DNA of 64,000 nt, from assembly GCA_963746845.1 (NCBI GenBank), contig CAVVCZ010000004.1:96001-160000 (forward strand), in the 5' to 3' direction. Positions 49,286 through 59,443 of the stretch are shown one piece after another (position 1 is the first letter of the stretch; every line of letters starts with the position of its first letter). Made by a program: the position numbers and the translations under genes. The notes beneath the pieces were generated by a model, which ran no database searches, had not been told where the DNA came from, and worked only from the letters and a program-made list of their open reading frames with translations. This stretch comes from an uncultured Chloroflexia bacterium. Its GTDB lineage: Bacteria; Chloroflexota; Limnocylindria; Limnocylindrales; CSP1-4.

Positions 49286-49966
49286 TTGAGCGGCGGGGAT
49301 CCGGGGCAGGTCCGGCGGGTCCCACTCTCCCATCGCCGATCGGTGATCGCCCGCCACACGCGGCTGACGCCGGTCCCAGGGCTCCCGGGCATCCGGCTCC
49401 ACCTCGCCGCGGACGCGGCCCCGGTCTGGCAGGCGACCGAGGCCGAGCTCGGGGTCACGAGCGCGCCCATCCCGTTCTGGGCGTTCGCGTGGGCGGGCGG
49501 GATCGCCCTCGCCCGGTACCTGGGTGATCATCCCGAGGAGGTCCGCGGACGGCGCGTGCTCGACTTTGCGACCGGGAGCGGGCTCGTCGCGATCGCGGCG
49601 ATGCAGGCCGGAGCGGCCGAGGTGACGGCAGCCGACATCGATCCGTTCGCCGAGGCCGCCGTCGCGCTCAACGCACGGGCGAACCACGTCCGGTTCGGGT
49701 TCATCGCGCGCGACCTGCTCGACGAGCCGCCCCCGGATGTGGACGTGCTTCTCGCTGCCGACACCTGGTACGAGGGCCCGTTGGCGGAACGCGTGCTGCC
49801 GTGGCTCCGGGCCGCGGCGGGGCAGGGGATGCGGGTCCTGGTCGGCGATCCCGGCCGGCGCTACCTGCCGGCGAGCGGTCTCGAGCCGATCGCGTCGTAC
49901 GAGGTGGAGACGACGACACAGCTCGAGGACCGGGCGGTCGTCCGGTCGGGGGTCTTCACGATCTGA
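49286..49966 (+). CDS. lysine methyltransferase-like protein (Nnt1/ETFB-KMT family)
   Basis: PFWAFAWAGG.ALARY, VLDFATGSG, LVGDPGRRYLP. Confidence 0.88.
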   Translation: MSGGDPGQVRRVPLSHRRSVIARHTRLTPVPGLPGIRLHLAADAAPVWQATEAELGVTSAPIPFWAFAWAGGIALARYLGDHPEEVRGRRVLDFATGSGLVAIAAMQAGAAEVTAADIDPFAEAAVALNARANHVRFGFIARDLLDEPPPDVDVLLAADTWYEGPLAERVLPWLRAAAGQGMRVLVGDPGRRYLPASGLEPIASYEVETTTQLEDRAVVRSGVFTI

Positions 49967-49971
49967 GGGGA

Positions 49972-50559
49972 TCAGACGGTGGCTTCGGCCGGGCTGTCCG
50001 CGCTCGCTGCAGCCGCCGCATCGGCCGCGGCACTCGCGACGGCCTTGTGCGCCGCCTCGAAGCTCGCGACGGCCTCGTCGAGCTCCCGTGCCGCCTCCTC
50101 GGAGACCTCGGACGAGATCCCGAACCCCCCGAAGATCGCCACGCCCTCGATCTCGAGCCACGGCGCCCCGGCCGGTCGATCGCGACGCTTCCGCCCATCG
50201 CCGATCCCGCCGAGCCCGCGGACATGGGTGACCACCTCCCAGTCGTCGGGCACCACGATCTGACAGCCACCGAACACGGCTCGCACCCGGAGCACCGCCC
50301 CGGATGGGTCGAGAGTCGCTCCTCGGAGGTCGACGATGCCCCCGCCGTACCACGTGTCGAGCGTGCCGCCGCGGAACGCCGACGAGCGCGAGCGGAAGCT
50401 CAACGGCTCGAAGAACGCCGCGAGGTGGACCTCGTCGAGCTCCGGGTCATCCGCGCGCAGGACCCGCTTCCGGGCGAACGCGGCGGCCACGCCGCTGACG
50501 ATCGACGTGGCGACGAACGCGGCCGTCAGGACCGCGACGACGCGCCAGATCACTCTCAT
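49972..50559 (-). CDS. LiaF/DUF2154-like protein
   Basis: GGGIVDLRGA, AVFGGCQIVVPDDW, AIFGG. Confidence 0.7.
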   Translation of the reverse strand: MRVIWRVVAVLTAAFVATSIVSGVAAAFARKRVLRADDPELDEVHLAAFFEPLSFRSRSSAFRGGTLDTWYGGGIVDLRGATLDPSGAVLRVRAVFGGCQIVVPDDWEVVTHVRGLGGIGDGRKRRDRPAGAPWLEIEGVAIFGGFGISSEVSEEAARELDEAVASFEAAHKAVASAAADAAAAASADSPAEATV

Positions 50560-50663
50560 CTCACGACTCCTCGTGCCGGGATCTCGCCGGGTGCCAACTC
50601 CACCATCCCACGTCGGCGAGCGCTCCGCAGGGGCGGATGCAGGTCTCTCGCGTCCGGGCGGGC

Positions 50664-50700
50664 AAGAAGAAACCGGCCGCCGGAGCCCCGGCGGCCGGTT
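50664..50700 (-). terminator. intrinsic terminator after the DUF4203 gene
   Basis: aaccggccgccgg/ccggcggccggtt stem followed by TCTTCTT on the minus strand. Confidence 0.75.
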
Positions 50701-50727
50701 CGAGTGGCCTGACGGGTCAGGCGAGGA

Positions 50728-51360
50728 TCACGAGTACCGGTATTGCGATGCCTCCAGCTCACCGAGGACCTGCATCCGGAGCTGGTAGAACGCACCAGCC
50801 ACGGCGAGGGCGATGTACACCAGACCCCACAGGAAGTTGTTGTAGATCACCGCGCCGAGGACGCCGCTCCCGAGCGAGCCGACGGAGATGACCCCGAACG
50901 CGAGCAGCACGCCCCCGATCAGCATCGCCGAGCCGCCCATCGCCGTGAGCACGACCACCAGCACCTTGGGGACCGCGAGGACGATCGCCGCGATCGCGAA
51001 GATCACCGCAAGGATCAGCCCGATGGCCACCGCGAGGAAGCCGGTGATGTTGACCAACGCCATCAACCCGACGCCGAGGGTGTATCCGACACCGCCGGCC
51101 AGGAGGACGACCGCTGCCCAGTACCAGAGGTACGAGATCAGGGCGAACCCGGCGCCGAACACGAACCCGACGACCCAGCCGACGACCGTGGCCAGGAAGC
51201 CGTCACCGAACCACACGCTCATCAGCTGGGCGCCGGCGGCGAATCCCACGAGGAATGCCCAGAGCGGCAGCAGGATCAGGAAGAAGCGGAAGCCGTAGAA
51301 GCAGAACGCCGCCCCGATCGCCAACGCCACCAAGCCGAGCAGAATTCCTTCGAGTGTCAT
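50728..51360 (-). CDS. DUF4203 membrane protein
   Basis: CFYGFRFF..LLP.WAF..GF, TAMGGS, about seven TM helices. Confidence 0.8.
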   Translation of the reverse strand: MTLEGILLGLVALAIGAAFCFYGFRFFLILLPLWAFLVGFAAGAQLMSVWFGDGFLATVVGWVVGFVFGAGFALISYLWYWAAVVLLAGGVGYTLGVGLMALVNITGFLAVAIGLILAVIFAIAAIVLAVPKVLVVVLTAMGGSAMLIGGVLLAFGVISVGSLGSGVLGAVIYNNFLWGLVYIALAVAGAFYQLRMQVLGELEASQYRYS

Positions 51361-51481
51361 CGAACAGCGGCCCTCCCAGACCAGCGGGCCCTCGTCATCA
51401 CGAGGTACAGCCCGAACGGGCGGCACCCTACTCCGGCTTGCGTCGGGATGCAATGGGGGTACGTGTCGTATCCGGCGACGT

Positions 51482-52315
51482 TCACGCGCCTGCGGGATCG
51501 CCCGTGCCGGGGCGATACCCGCGGACCCAGTCCACCTCGAAGGCCTTCGGGTAGCCGGCGGACGGGCGCTCGTCGGGGCCGTCGATGGGGAACTCGTAGA
51601 TCCCGAGCATCAGCTGCATCGGATAGGCCGGGGACTGGCCGACGACGCGGACGAGCCGATCGTCGACGTACCAGGCGACCCGGTCCGACGTCCACGTGGC
51701 CGAGTACGTGTGGAGGGCCCGGGCATCGATGGGCAGCTCGACCGCCTCGAAGTCGTCGTCGAGCGCCGGATCCTCGAAGGGATGGATCCCCATGCCGACC
51801 CGGGTCCGATCCCCCCTGACGTCGCGACCGAAGATCTCGGCGACGCAGATCTCGCCGGATCGCATGGGGTCGTCGCCCACGCCGATCATCCACAGCGCCA
51901 CCATCACGCGCGGATCGTCGAGCGCCCGAGCCCGGAGCTCGATCAGGCCACGTCCCTGCAGGTACAGCCGGCGATCGGTCTGCCCGGTCCGGACGACGGC
52001 GCCGGGGGCGAACCGGTGCCCGCCGATCGAGCTGCCGACCGGGCCGGCGAAGACGGCGGTCTGCAGGGACGACACGCGCAGGTCGCCGTCCAGCTCGGGG
52101 CACCACGGCGGTTGATCGGCCTCGATCAGGAGCCGGAGACGGCTGTCGCGGATCTCGTGGCGCGCGGCCGTCCGATCCGGCGTGCTCCAGTGCGGCAGGT
52201 AGTGGGGGAGCCAGCGCCGCTCGTCGAGACGGTCGGTGTCGAAGTCGTCCTCGAACGCGAGCTCGAACGCCGTTCGGTCGAGGACGGTCGGCGGTCGACC
52301 TGTCCCGCCCGTCAC
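51482..52315 (-). CDS. glycoside hydrolase family 16-like protein
   Basis: FEDDFD, ALWM, GEICVAE, HTYSATWT, WYVD, YPMQLM, FEVDWVR. Confidence 0.8.
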   Translation of the reverse strand: MTGGTGRPPTVLDRTAFELAFEDDFDTDRLDERRWLPHYLPHWSTPDRTAARHEIRDSRLRLLIEADQPPWCPELDGDLRVSSLQTAVFAGPVGSSIGGHRFAPGAVVRTGQTDRRLYLQGRGLIELRARALDDPRVMVALWMIGVGDDPMRSGEICVAEIFGRDVRGDRTRVGMGIHPFEDPALDDDFEAVELPIDARALHTYSATWTSDRVAWYVDDRLVRVVGQSPAYPMQLMLGIYEFPIDGPDERPSAGYPKAFEVDWVRGYRPGTGDPAGA

Positions 52316-53019
52316 GACGGCGGGTTGTTGAGCACCGGCAGCAGGAACCCGACCGCCGTCGCGGCGCCCGCCAGGGCGCCACCGCGCTCGTACGCGAACG
52401 GCATCAGGGAGTTCGTGAGCATTGCGAGGAGGCCGCCGGCAGCGAGCGCCGCAGCCCGATCGCCCATCGCGTCCACGAGGACCTGCGTCGCGATGTAGCC
52501 GATCGCGGCTGAGAGGCCGCAGGCGAGGACCACGACGCCCCACAGCCGGGCCAGTCGCACGGCGCTCCAGCCCGCCGCCCGCAGGTCGGCGGACGGCGCG
52601 ATCGCCTGCGGGATATTCGACACGAAGACGGCCGTCAGGAACGCCGGGCTGATGACGAGCCCGGCTCCGATCTGGATCCCGAAGATCAGGGACTCCGGCA
52701 CCCCATCGACGACCGAGCCGACCACGATACCCATCGCCCCGCCGGAGCCCTCGGAGCCGAACTTGCGCTCCACCAGCGCGTCGCCGACCAGGAAGATCGT
52801 GACCCCGATCAGCATCCAGAGGGCGAACTCCCAGCCGGGGATGTTGGCCTGGCCCTCGGGAACGAGCTCGAACGCGATCGCGGCGATCATCGCGCCGGCG
52901 CCAAATCCCGCCAGGATCCCCACCACCCGGGTGGGCACCGCGATCCAGCAGACGGCCACGCCCGCCAGGAACAGGGACGACTGGGCGATCACCCCTAGTC
53001 CGAACGCCTCGAACAGCAC
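52312..53019 (-). CDS. ZIP/GufA-like metal transporter
   Basis: FGAGAMI.A.AFELVPE, VDGVPES, FVSNIPQ, AGGLLAML..SLMP. Confidence 0.85.
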   Translation of the reverse strand: MLFEAFGLGVIAQSSLFLAGVAVCWIAVPTRVVGILAGFGAGAMIAAIAFELVPEGQANIPGWEFALWMLIGVTIFLVGDALVERKFGSEGSGGAMGIVVGSVVDGVPESLIFGIQIGAGLVISPAFLTAVFVSNIPQAIAPSADLRAAGWSAVRLARLWGVVVLACGLSAAIGYIATQVLVDAMGDRAAALAAGGLLAMLTNSLMPFAYERGGALAGAATAVGFLLPVLNNPPS

Positions 53020-53187
53020 CGGCAGCTCCCTGGGCTGGAGTCCTCCCCCCGCGTGGTTCGCCCGACAGTGGCGCGGTTGTCGAGCATAGCCGGGGAGGCA
53101 CCGTGGCGGTCGTCGCTACGTCGGACGGGGGTGGGGGAGCCAGCGTCCGGGTCGTCAATCTCGACGGGCGATGCCCTGCGTCGAGGA

Positions 53188-54621
53188 TCAACCCGCACGA
53201 GGCGGCTGGTGGTGCGACACGCGGAGCAGGGCCGAGCCATGCCGTGGGAGGAGCGCCTGCCATCCGTCGGGCTGATCGACCGACGTTCGTTCCCAGAGGT
53301 TCCGCACGGCCAGAGGCCGGCTCAGGCCGAGCTCTTGCCACTCGATCGAAGCTTGGCGCGGACTCTCTCCGCGGTTGAATACCCCGACCGCGACGGACCC
53401 GTCGGCCAGGTCCCTGAACCACGTCTCGAGCGAGCCGTCCACCCGCATTCGACGGGCCTGACGGCCGAGACCATCCTGGTGAACGGCCAGAATCTCCGGG
53501 TTGCTGATCATCCCCATCACCCCGGGCCCGAGCGACGCGAGGTCGCAGCCAAGCAGGAGCGGCGCGCTGAGCAGGACCCAGAGCCCGAGATGGGAGCGCT
53601 GCTCATCCGCGGTCAGGCGTGTGTCGTGCACCGGCTGGGACCAGGCCCCTCCCACCCGGCCCAGCACCAGCATGTCCGGATCGTTCCAGCCACCCGGTCC
53701 GGCGTACGGCTCCATGCCGGCCTGCCCGAACCCGATCCGATCCACCGACTCCCAGGTGTCCTCGATGTCGCCCGACGTTCGCCACGCGTTCGCGCCTGCC
53801 AGAGCTCGAGCCCAGGTCCAGACCTCACTCCACCCGTACTCGCAGATGTGATAGATGATGTCGCGGTCGACTCGATCCAGCGCGGAGCGCATCCGCGCAA
53901 ACGGTGCCACGAGCTCCTTGATCGGAAGCGCCGCGCCGTGAGGCCCCATAGAACACCAGTCATATTTCAGATAGTCGATGCCCCAGGCCGCAAAGCTCGC
54001 GGCGTCCTCGGTCTCGTGGCCCTGACTCCCCGCGAACCCGGCGCAGGTCGTGGGTCCCGGCGACGAGTAGATGCCGATCTTGAGCCCCGCGGCGTGGAGG
54101 TGGGCCGCGAGGTCGGCGAGATCGCCGAACTTCTCGTTGGGATGGAGCCGGCCTCGTCGATCCCGATCACCCTGCCAGCCATCGTCGATGTTGACGCAGG
54201 TCCACCCGAGGTCCGCAAGGCCGGAGTCCAGGAGAACCGTTGCTGCGCGGCGCACGTCCGCCTCGCTGACCGTCGGTCCGAAGACATTCCAACTGTTCCA
54301 ACCTAGCGGCGGCGTCAGGGAGATGTCATCCCCGACCACCAGCGTGATCGTTTCAGTCCAGGGTCCGTCGGCGTCCTCTCCGGCGATCTCGACCCGATGC
54401 TCGCCGCGGACCTGAGTGCGACCGACGATCGAGCCGGACTGAGGATCGATACGAAGACCGGGAGGTAGCCCGGCGATCCGAACGCCGCGCAGATCGGCGG
54501 CCGTGAACCCCCCGATCCGATGGATGAACGGGCGTCCGGGTCGCAGGCCGACGCGCCGCGGCCCCCCAATGGGCGAGCGGGCGAAGTCGTCATCCAGCGC
54601 GCAGATCTCCGGCGGCGACAT
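53188..54621 (-). CDS. GH27 alpha-galactosidase with N-terminal Ig-like domain
   Basis: TPPLGWNSWN, NIDDGWQ, DYLKYDWC, WRTSGDI, WNDPDML. Confidence 0.92.
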   Translation of the reverse strand: MSPPEICALDDDFARSPIGGPRRVGLRPGRPFIHRIGGFTAADLRGVRIAGLPPGLRIDPQSGSIVGRTQVRGEHRVEIAGEDADGPWTETITLVVGDDISLTPPLGWNSWNVFGPTVSEADVRRAATVLLDSGLADLGWTCVNIDDGWQGDRDRRGRLHPNEKFGDLADLAAHLHAAGLKIGIYSSPGPTTCAGFAGSQGHETEDAASFAAWGIDYLKYDWCSMGPHGAALPIKELVAPFARMRSALDRVDRDIIYHICEYGWSEVWTWARALAGANAWRTSGDIEDTWESVDRIGFGQAGMEPYAGPGGWNDPDMLVLGRVGGAWSQPVHDTRLTADEQRSHLGLWVLLSAPLLLGCDLASLGPGVMGMISNPEILAVHQDGLGRQARRMRVDGSLETWFRDLADGSVAVGVFNRGESPRQASIEWQELGLSRPLAVRNLWERTSVDQPDGWQALLPRHGSALLRVSHHQPPRAG

Positions 54622-56782
54622 CGCCTTTCCAGGCACCCGGAGCCTCGGGCAGCCCGCGAGGAGCCGCGCCGCGGACGACGTCGTAGCCGCTCGAGTTCGA
54701 CCCGACGTCGACCTGACCGTCCCGGAAATGGAGGGTCATCGATCCGCGCCCGGCCCGCAGGTTGCTGATCGTGACGTCGGGCAGCCAGTCCGGCAGCGCC
54801 GGGTCGACGTACAGCCTGGACCCGCCGGCGTCGGAACGGGCTTCGATCCCGCACAGAATGGCGATGAAGCGGATGACTGCGCCCGACGCCCACGCTTGCG
54901 GGACGTTGGCGCCGAGGTACTGGACGGGAAAGCTGCCGTCGTCTCTTGGCAAGCCGGCGAACAGCTCGGGAAGTCGGTTGGCCTGGAAGCGCTCAGCGGC
55001 GTCGAACATGCCCCGCGCGATCCGGGCCAATTCGACGTGCAATCCATAGCTCCGGAATCCGTCGGCGATGATCGCGTTGTCGTGCGGCCACACCGATCCC
55101 GTGTGGTAGCTGAAGGGGTTGTAGCCGGGATGGTCGGACGAGAGCGTCCTGATGCCCCATCCCGACCACATGTCGCCGGCCATCAGCCGGCGGGCCACGC
55201 GCGCCGCTCGGTCGGCTGGGACGATCCCGGACGAGAGCAGGTGGCCGGGATTCGACGTGACGGAACGGATCGGCCGCTTGCGTCCATCGAGACCCGTGTA
55301 GTACGTCCCTTCGGCATCCCACCAAAACCGATCGTTGAATCGCTCGTAGAGCTGGCGGGCCTCGCGCCGAAGACGTTCTCCATCCTCCGGTTGCCCCAGG
55401 ATGTCGTAGATCGTCGCGAGACGGATCTTGGCGTCGTAGGCGTAACCCTGGAGTTCGCACACCGCAAGGGGAAGCGGTGCGATGGCGCCGTCCTCATGCT
55501 GGATGGCGTCTTCGGCGTCCTTCCAGCCCTGGTTGTAGTAGCCGTGCGACGAGCGTGTCGCGTATTCCTGGAATCCGTCCCCATCGCGGTCGCCGGCCGA
55601 ATCGATCCAGGCCATCGCGGCCTCGGCATTCGGCAGATAGCGCCGGAGCACGGCCGGGTCACCGAGCCATTGGTACAGGTAGGACAGCACGCTGATGAAC
55701 AGGCTTGTCGCGTCGTGGGTCCCGTAGTACGGCTGGAACGGGAGGATGCCGAGCTGAGCCAGCTCGCCGTGACGGATCTCGTGCGGGATCTTGCCCACCT
55801 CCATGTCCCGTTCCGGATCGTCGGACGTGGCCTGGAGGTTCGAGAGGCGGCGCAGTGCCCCGGCGGCGAACTCCGGGAAGCCTGAGATCGTCTGCATCGA
55901 CACGATGAGCGAATCGCGTCCGAACAGGGTCATGAACCACGGTACGCCTGCCGCCGGGATGAACACGCCCCGCTCGAATGTCGGATCCTCGATCCGCAGG
56001 GCTTCCAGGTCGCGAATGGCCTGGGCCCACGCCCGGTTCACCCCGACGTTCGGTGTCGAGACACTGACCGTCGGGAGTCGGACGGACCGCGCATCGCTCG
56101 GCGTCGTGGCGATCGCGTTGCACGGCAGTGTCGTCGGCCGTCGCGCGGACCGCGTCAGCGGCAGCCATCGAAGGCACGTGTGCCAGACGCCTTTCGCCGG
56201 GACGGTTGCGGCGAACACGAGCCGGCCGTTCGCGAACTGAGCCGGCGAGTCCGATCGGTCGGCGGCGACGATCAGCTCCCGATGGAAGTCGCGGTTCTCG
56301 TACCTGGTCCGGAGCTCTGCCCGTGACCGAAACCAGCGACTGTGCAATGAGCCCCGCCGGACGCGCCGGCCGTCCTTGACATCGAAGATGTCTGCGAAGT
56401 CCGAGGCGATCTGGATCTCGACGGCCAGCTGCACGGTCCGCCGACCGTAATTCGTGATGTCGTAATCCTCGTGGACACCACCCGCGATGGTTCGGTCCAG
56501 ACGAACCGAGATCGTGTGACGCTCGATCGGCCCGTCTTCGTCGATCAGGCCGTCATTGCTGAACTCGAAGCGAGCCGAGAAGAACTGGACCTGCGACGAG
56601 TTGAGGAGGACCGGCTGGCTGCCGTTGATCAACAGGTCGTAGCCCGATACGAACCGGGTGTCCCGCGCGAAGAAGCCATCCTCGGAGCCGCCGACGATCC
56701 GGGCCGTCGGCTGACAGACGAGCACGCGGTCGTCGCGATTGATCGTGACGGCCGAGGGTCCGACCTGGATGGGGAGGGTCAC
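54590..56782 (-). CDS. amylo-alpha-1,6-glucosidase / glycogen-debranching family protein
   Basis: AAGVPWFMTLFGRD, GKIPHEIR, NQGWKD, YHTGSVWPHDN, RLPELFAG, PQAW. Confidence 0.9.
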   Translation of the reverse strand: MTLPIQVGPSAVTINRDDRVLVCQPTARIVGGSEDGFFARDTRFVSGYDLLINGSQPVLLNSSQVQFFSARFEFSNDGLIDEDGPIERHTISVRLDRTIAGGVHEDYDITNYGRRTVQLAVEIQIASDFADIFDVKDGRRVRRGSLHSRWFRSRAELRTRYENRDFHRELIVAADRSDSPAQFANGRLVFAATVPAKGVWHTCLRWLPLTRSARRPTTLPCNAIATTPSDARSVRLPTVSVSTPNVGVNRAWAQAIRDLEALRIEDPTFERGVFIPAAGVPWFMTLFGRDSLIVSMQTISGFPEFAAGALRRLSNLQATSDDPERDMEVGKIPHEIRHGELAQLGILPFQPYYGTHDATSLFISVLSYLYQWLGDPAVLRRYLPNAEAAMAWIDSAGDRDGDGFQEYATRSSHGYYNQGWKDAEDAIQHEDGAIAPLPLAVCELQGYAYDAKIRLATIYDILGQPEDGERLRREARQLYERFNDRFWWDAEGTYYTGLDGRKRPIRSVTSNPGHLLSSGIVPADRAARVARRLMAGDMWSGWGIRTLSSDHPGYNPFSYHTGSVWPHDNAIIADGFRSYGLHVELARIARGMFDAAERFQANRLPELFAGLPRDDGSFPVQYLGANVPQAWASGAVIRFIAILCGIEARSDAGGSRLYVDPALPDWLPDVTISNLRAGRGSMTLHFRDGQVDVGSNSSGYDVVRGAAPRGLPEAPGAWKGDVAAGDLRAG

Positions 56783-57522
56783 GATCGATCCGGCGAGACC
56801 GTCGGCCCGACCGGTACCGCGACCTCACGTCCAGCGAGCCGCCCCTCCAGGCGATCCGCCGCCGGGAGGACGAAGCGTGCGGCCACGAGAGCCGACAGCG
56901 CCACGGCAAAGGTCAGCAACGCAACGAACGCAATCGTGCTGATCGCGACGACGACGAACAACGTCAGGCCGAGGCCGCCGAGCTTGCGCGGGTAGGCCAA
57001 CAGGAGGAGCGCAGCGAGGCGCAGCCGTTCGCGTACGGGCCGCCCGGCCCGGGCCGGGTCGAGCAGGAGTGGCCAGATCGTCCACGCCAGAAGCCAGCCC
57101 GCGACGAGGCCCCAGAACGCCAGCGTGGCCACTGCCCAGCCGACGGGGCTGTCGGACTGGACACCCGTCGCGACATTGCCGAAGAGGATGGCCCCGCAAC
57201 CAGCGAACGCGACGCCGAGGAGGAGTGTCGACGCGGCCGAATGCCTGATTGCGAGGCCATCCCAGAACGAAATTGGCCGATTCCGGGCAAGGAGCGCGGT
57301 GAGCCGGAAGATCCAGGCCGTCGGGAACGCCAGGAGTGGCGCGAGCACGACGGCGACCGGCGTGATGGTTGCGGCAACGATCAGCGCCAGGAGGGTTCCG
57401 CCCCACAGCACGTTGGCGGCGACGAGCCGCACCGAGTTGAAATAGAAGTCCGTGGCCGACGCCCGGGCGGCAGCGCGGAGTCCGGGTGAGGCGACCGGCC
57501 GATCCTCAGCCCTTGACGCCAC
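56779..57522 (-). CDS. membrane protein (YesL/DUF624-like) in the sugar operon
   Basis: About six TM helices; overlaps both neighbours; start uncertain. Confidence 0.65.
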   Translation of the reverse strand: MASRAEDRPVASPGLRAAARASATDFYFNSVRLVAANVLWGGTLLALIVAATITPVAVVLAPLLAFPTAWIFRLTALLARNRPISFWDGLAIRHSAASTLLLGVAFAGCGAILFGNVATGVQSDSPVGWAVATLAFWGLVAGWLLAWTIWPLLLDPARAGRPVRERLRLAALLLLAYPRKLGGLGLTLFVVVAISTIAFVALLTFAVALSALVAARFVLPAADRLEGRLAGREVAVPVGPTVSPDRS

Positions 57523-58406
57523 TGGCCGCGATCCCTTCGACGAAATACCGCTGGAAGAAGATGTAGAGGATCAGGATCGGGAGGGTCGCCATGACAACGA
57601 CCGCCATGAGCGGCGGCCAGTTCGTGAGGAGCCCACCAGCGGTCCTGAAGAAGGCAAGGCCCAGCGGGATCGTGTAGTGGCCCTGCTCGCGGAGAAAGAT
57701 CAGCGGCCAGAAGAACGCGTTCCACGTTCCCTGGAACGTGAGGATGGCGACCGCCGCGAGGGCCGGCGTCGCCAACGGGAGCATGATCCGCGAGAACGTC
57801 GTGAAGAATCCGGCGCCGTCCATCCTCGCCGCTTCCTCGAGGTCGCGTGGGATCGTCAGGAAGAACTGCCGAAGCAGGAAGATGCTCACGGCGCTGACCG
57901 CGAGCACGAGCACGAGCGCGACGTACTGCCCGACCCCCTCGTCAGGCCGAGCCCGTTGAAGATCAGGTAGACGGGAACGAGCCGGAGCTGGTCGGGAATC
58001 ATCAGGGTCCCCAGCACGACGAGGAAGAGCAGCTCGCGCCCCGGGAACCGCAGCCGCGCGAATGCATAGCCGGCAATGCTTCCGAATACCAGGTTCGTCA
58101 CGGTCACGACGGTCGCGATTCCCGCGCTGTTCATGAACAGGACCACGATCGACGGCTTCAGCGTCGTGAACGTGTACTTCCACGCGTCCAGCGTGAACGG
58201 GTCCGGGATCACCGTCGAGCTTTACGGAGTCCGGCAGGGTCTTGAATGACGTGATGACCGACCAGGCGAACGGCGTGAACATCAGCAGCGCATAGCCGAT
58301 GAGCAGCGTGTAGATCACGATCTTTCGCAGCCGACCCGGTCGACCCGTGCCGTGCTTGCGCTGCGGTGGCCCGCGTGGCGACCACGCTCTGGTCGACCGA
58401 CGTCAT
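57506..58406 (-). CDS. carbohydrate ABC transporter permease (frameshifted)
   Basis: EAA motif LEEAARMDGAG, AGYAFARLRFPG, WNAFFWP, FQRYF. Confidence 0.88.
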
Positions 58407-58416
58407 CGCGTCCTCC

Positions 58417-59364
58417 TCACCAGGAGGGTGCCGATCCGAAGAGGCGGCGCTGGACGAGCGTTGCGCCGAAGATGACGATGAACAGGATGATGCCGACCGC
58501 GGCTGCCTTGCTGAAGTTGAGCTGCGTGAATGCCGCGTTGTAGAGGTACAGGACGACCGTCATGAGCGAGTTCGCGGGATCGCCGCCGAGGCCTCCCGCG
58601 ATGGCCGCCTGGTCGAACAGCTGGAGCGCGCCGATCACGGCGACGGTGGCCACGAAGTAGTGGCCCGGCCTCAACAGCGGGAACGTCACGCCCCAGAACA
58701 TCCGCCAGCTGCCGGCGCCATCGATCGCGGCCGCCTCGTAGACCTCGTGGCTGATCGATTGCAGGGAGGCGAGATAGAACAGCATGAACGTGCCCGACGT
58801 CGTCCACGCGTTCAGGACGATGACGGAGTTGAGGGCCGTCGAGGCGTCGCCCATCCAGTTCTGATGCGGCGGGTACCCGAGGAGTTGAAAGAGCGGGTTC
58901 AGGCCGAGTGCGGCGCGGAGCTCATTGAAGAAACCAAATGGCGCGGCCAGGAAGATCCACAGCATCGTGATCGCCGCCGAGCTCGCGATCGCGGGGAAGT
59001 AATAGGCGGCCCGGAAGAACGTCTGACCGCGGATCTTCTGGTTGACGATGACCGCCAGGAAGAGCCCGACCGCCATCGTCAACGGCACCCAGATGACTGC
59101 GTAGTAGACCGTGTTCTGAATGCCCCGGATGAAGTTGGGATCGCTGAGCGCGCTGGCGTAGTTCTGGAGGCCCACGAATTCCACGGGCCCGGACCGGATG
59201 TTCCACTTCCAGACGCTGATGTACAGCGCATAGGCGATCGCCCCGATCTGCAGGACCAGGAACAGGATCATCGGGATCGCGATGAACGCGTATCCCGCGA
59301 TGGATTCCGATCCCAACCCCCTGCGCCGCCGCGTCGCGCTCTGTTGCGGGGTCGCGACCGCCAC
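58417..59364 (-). CDS. carbohydrate ABC transporter permease
   Basis: FVGLQNY, YEAAAIDGA, LQLFDQ. Confidence 0.92.
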   Translation of the reverse strand: MAVATPQQSATRRRRGLGSESIAGYAFIAIPMILFLVLQIGAIAYALYISVWKWNIRSGPVEFVGLQNYASALSDPNFIRGIQNTVYYAVIWVPLTMAVGLFLAVIVNQKIRGQTFFRAAYYFPAIASSAAITMLWIFLAAPFGFFNELRAALGLNPLFQLLGYPPHQNWMGDASTALNSVIVLNAWTTSGTFMLFYLASLQSISHEVYEAAAIDGAGSWRMFWGVTFPLLRPGHYFVATVAVIGALQLFDQAAIAGGLGGDPANSLMTVVLYLYNAAFTQLNFSKAAAVGIILFIVIFGATLVQRRLFGSAPSW

Positions 59365-59443
59365 GTTTGATCCTCCCTAGATCAGCGAATCGCGTTCCCC
59401 GGGTGAGGCGTCCAGCAGGCGCCCCACCCGGGCGTCGTCCGAA

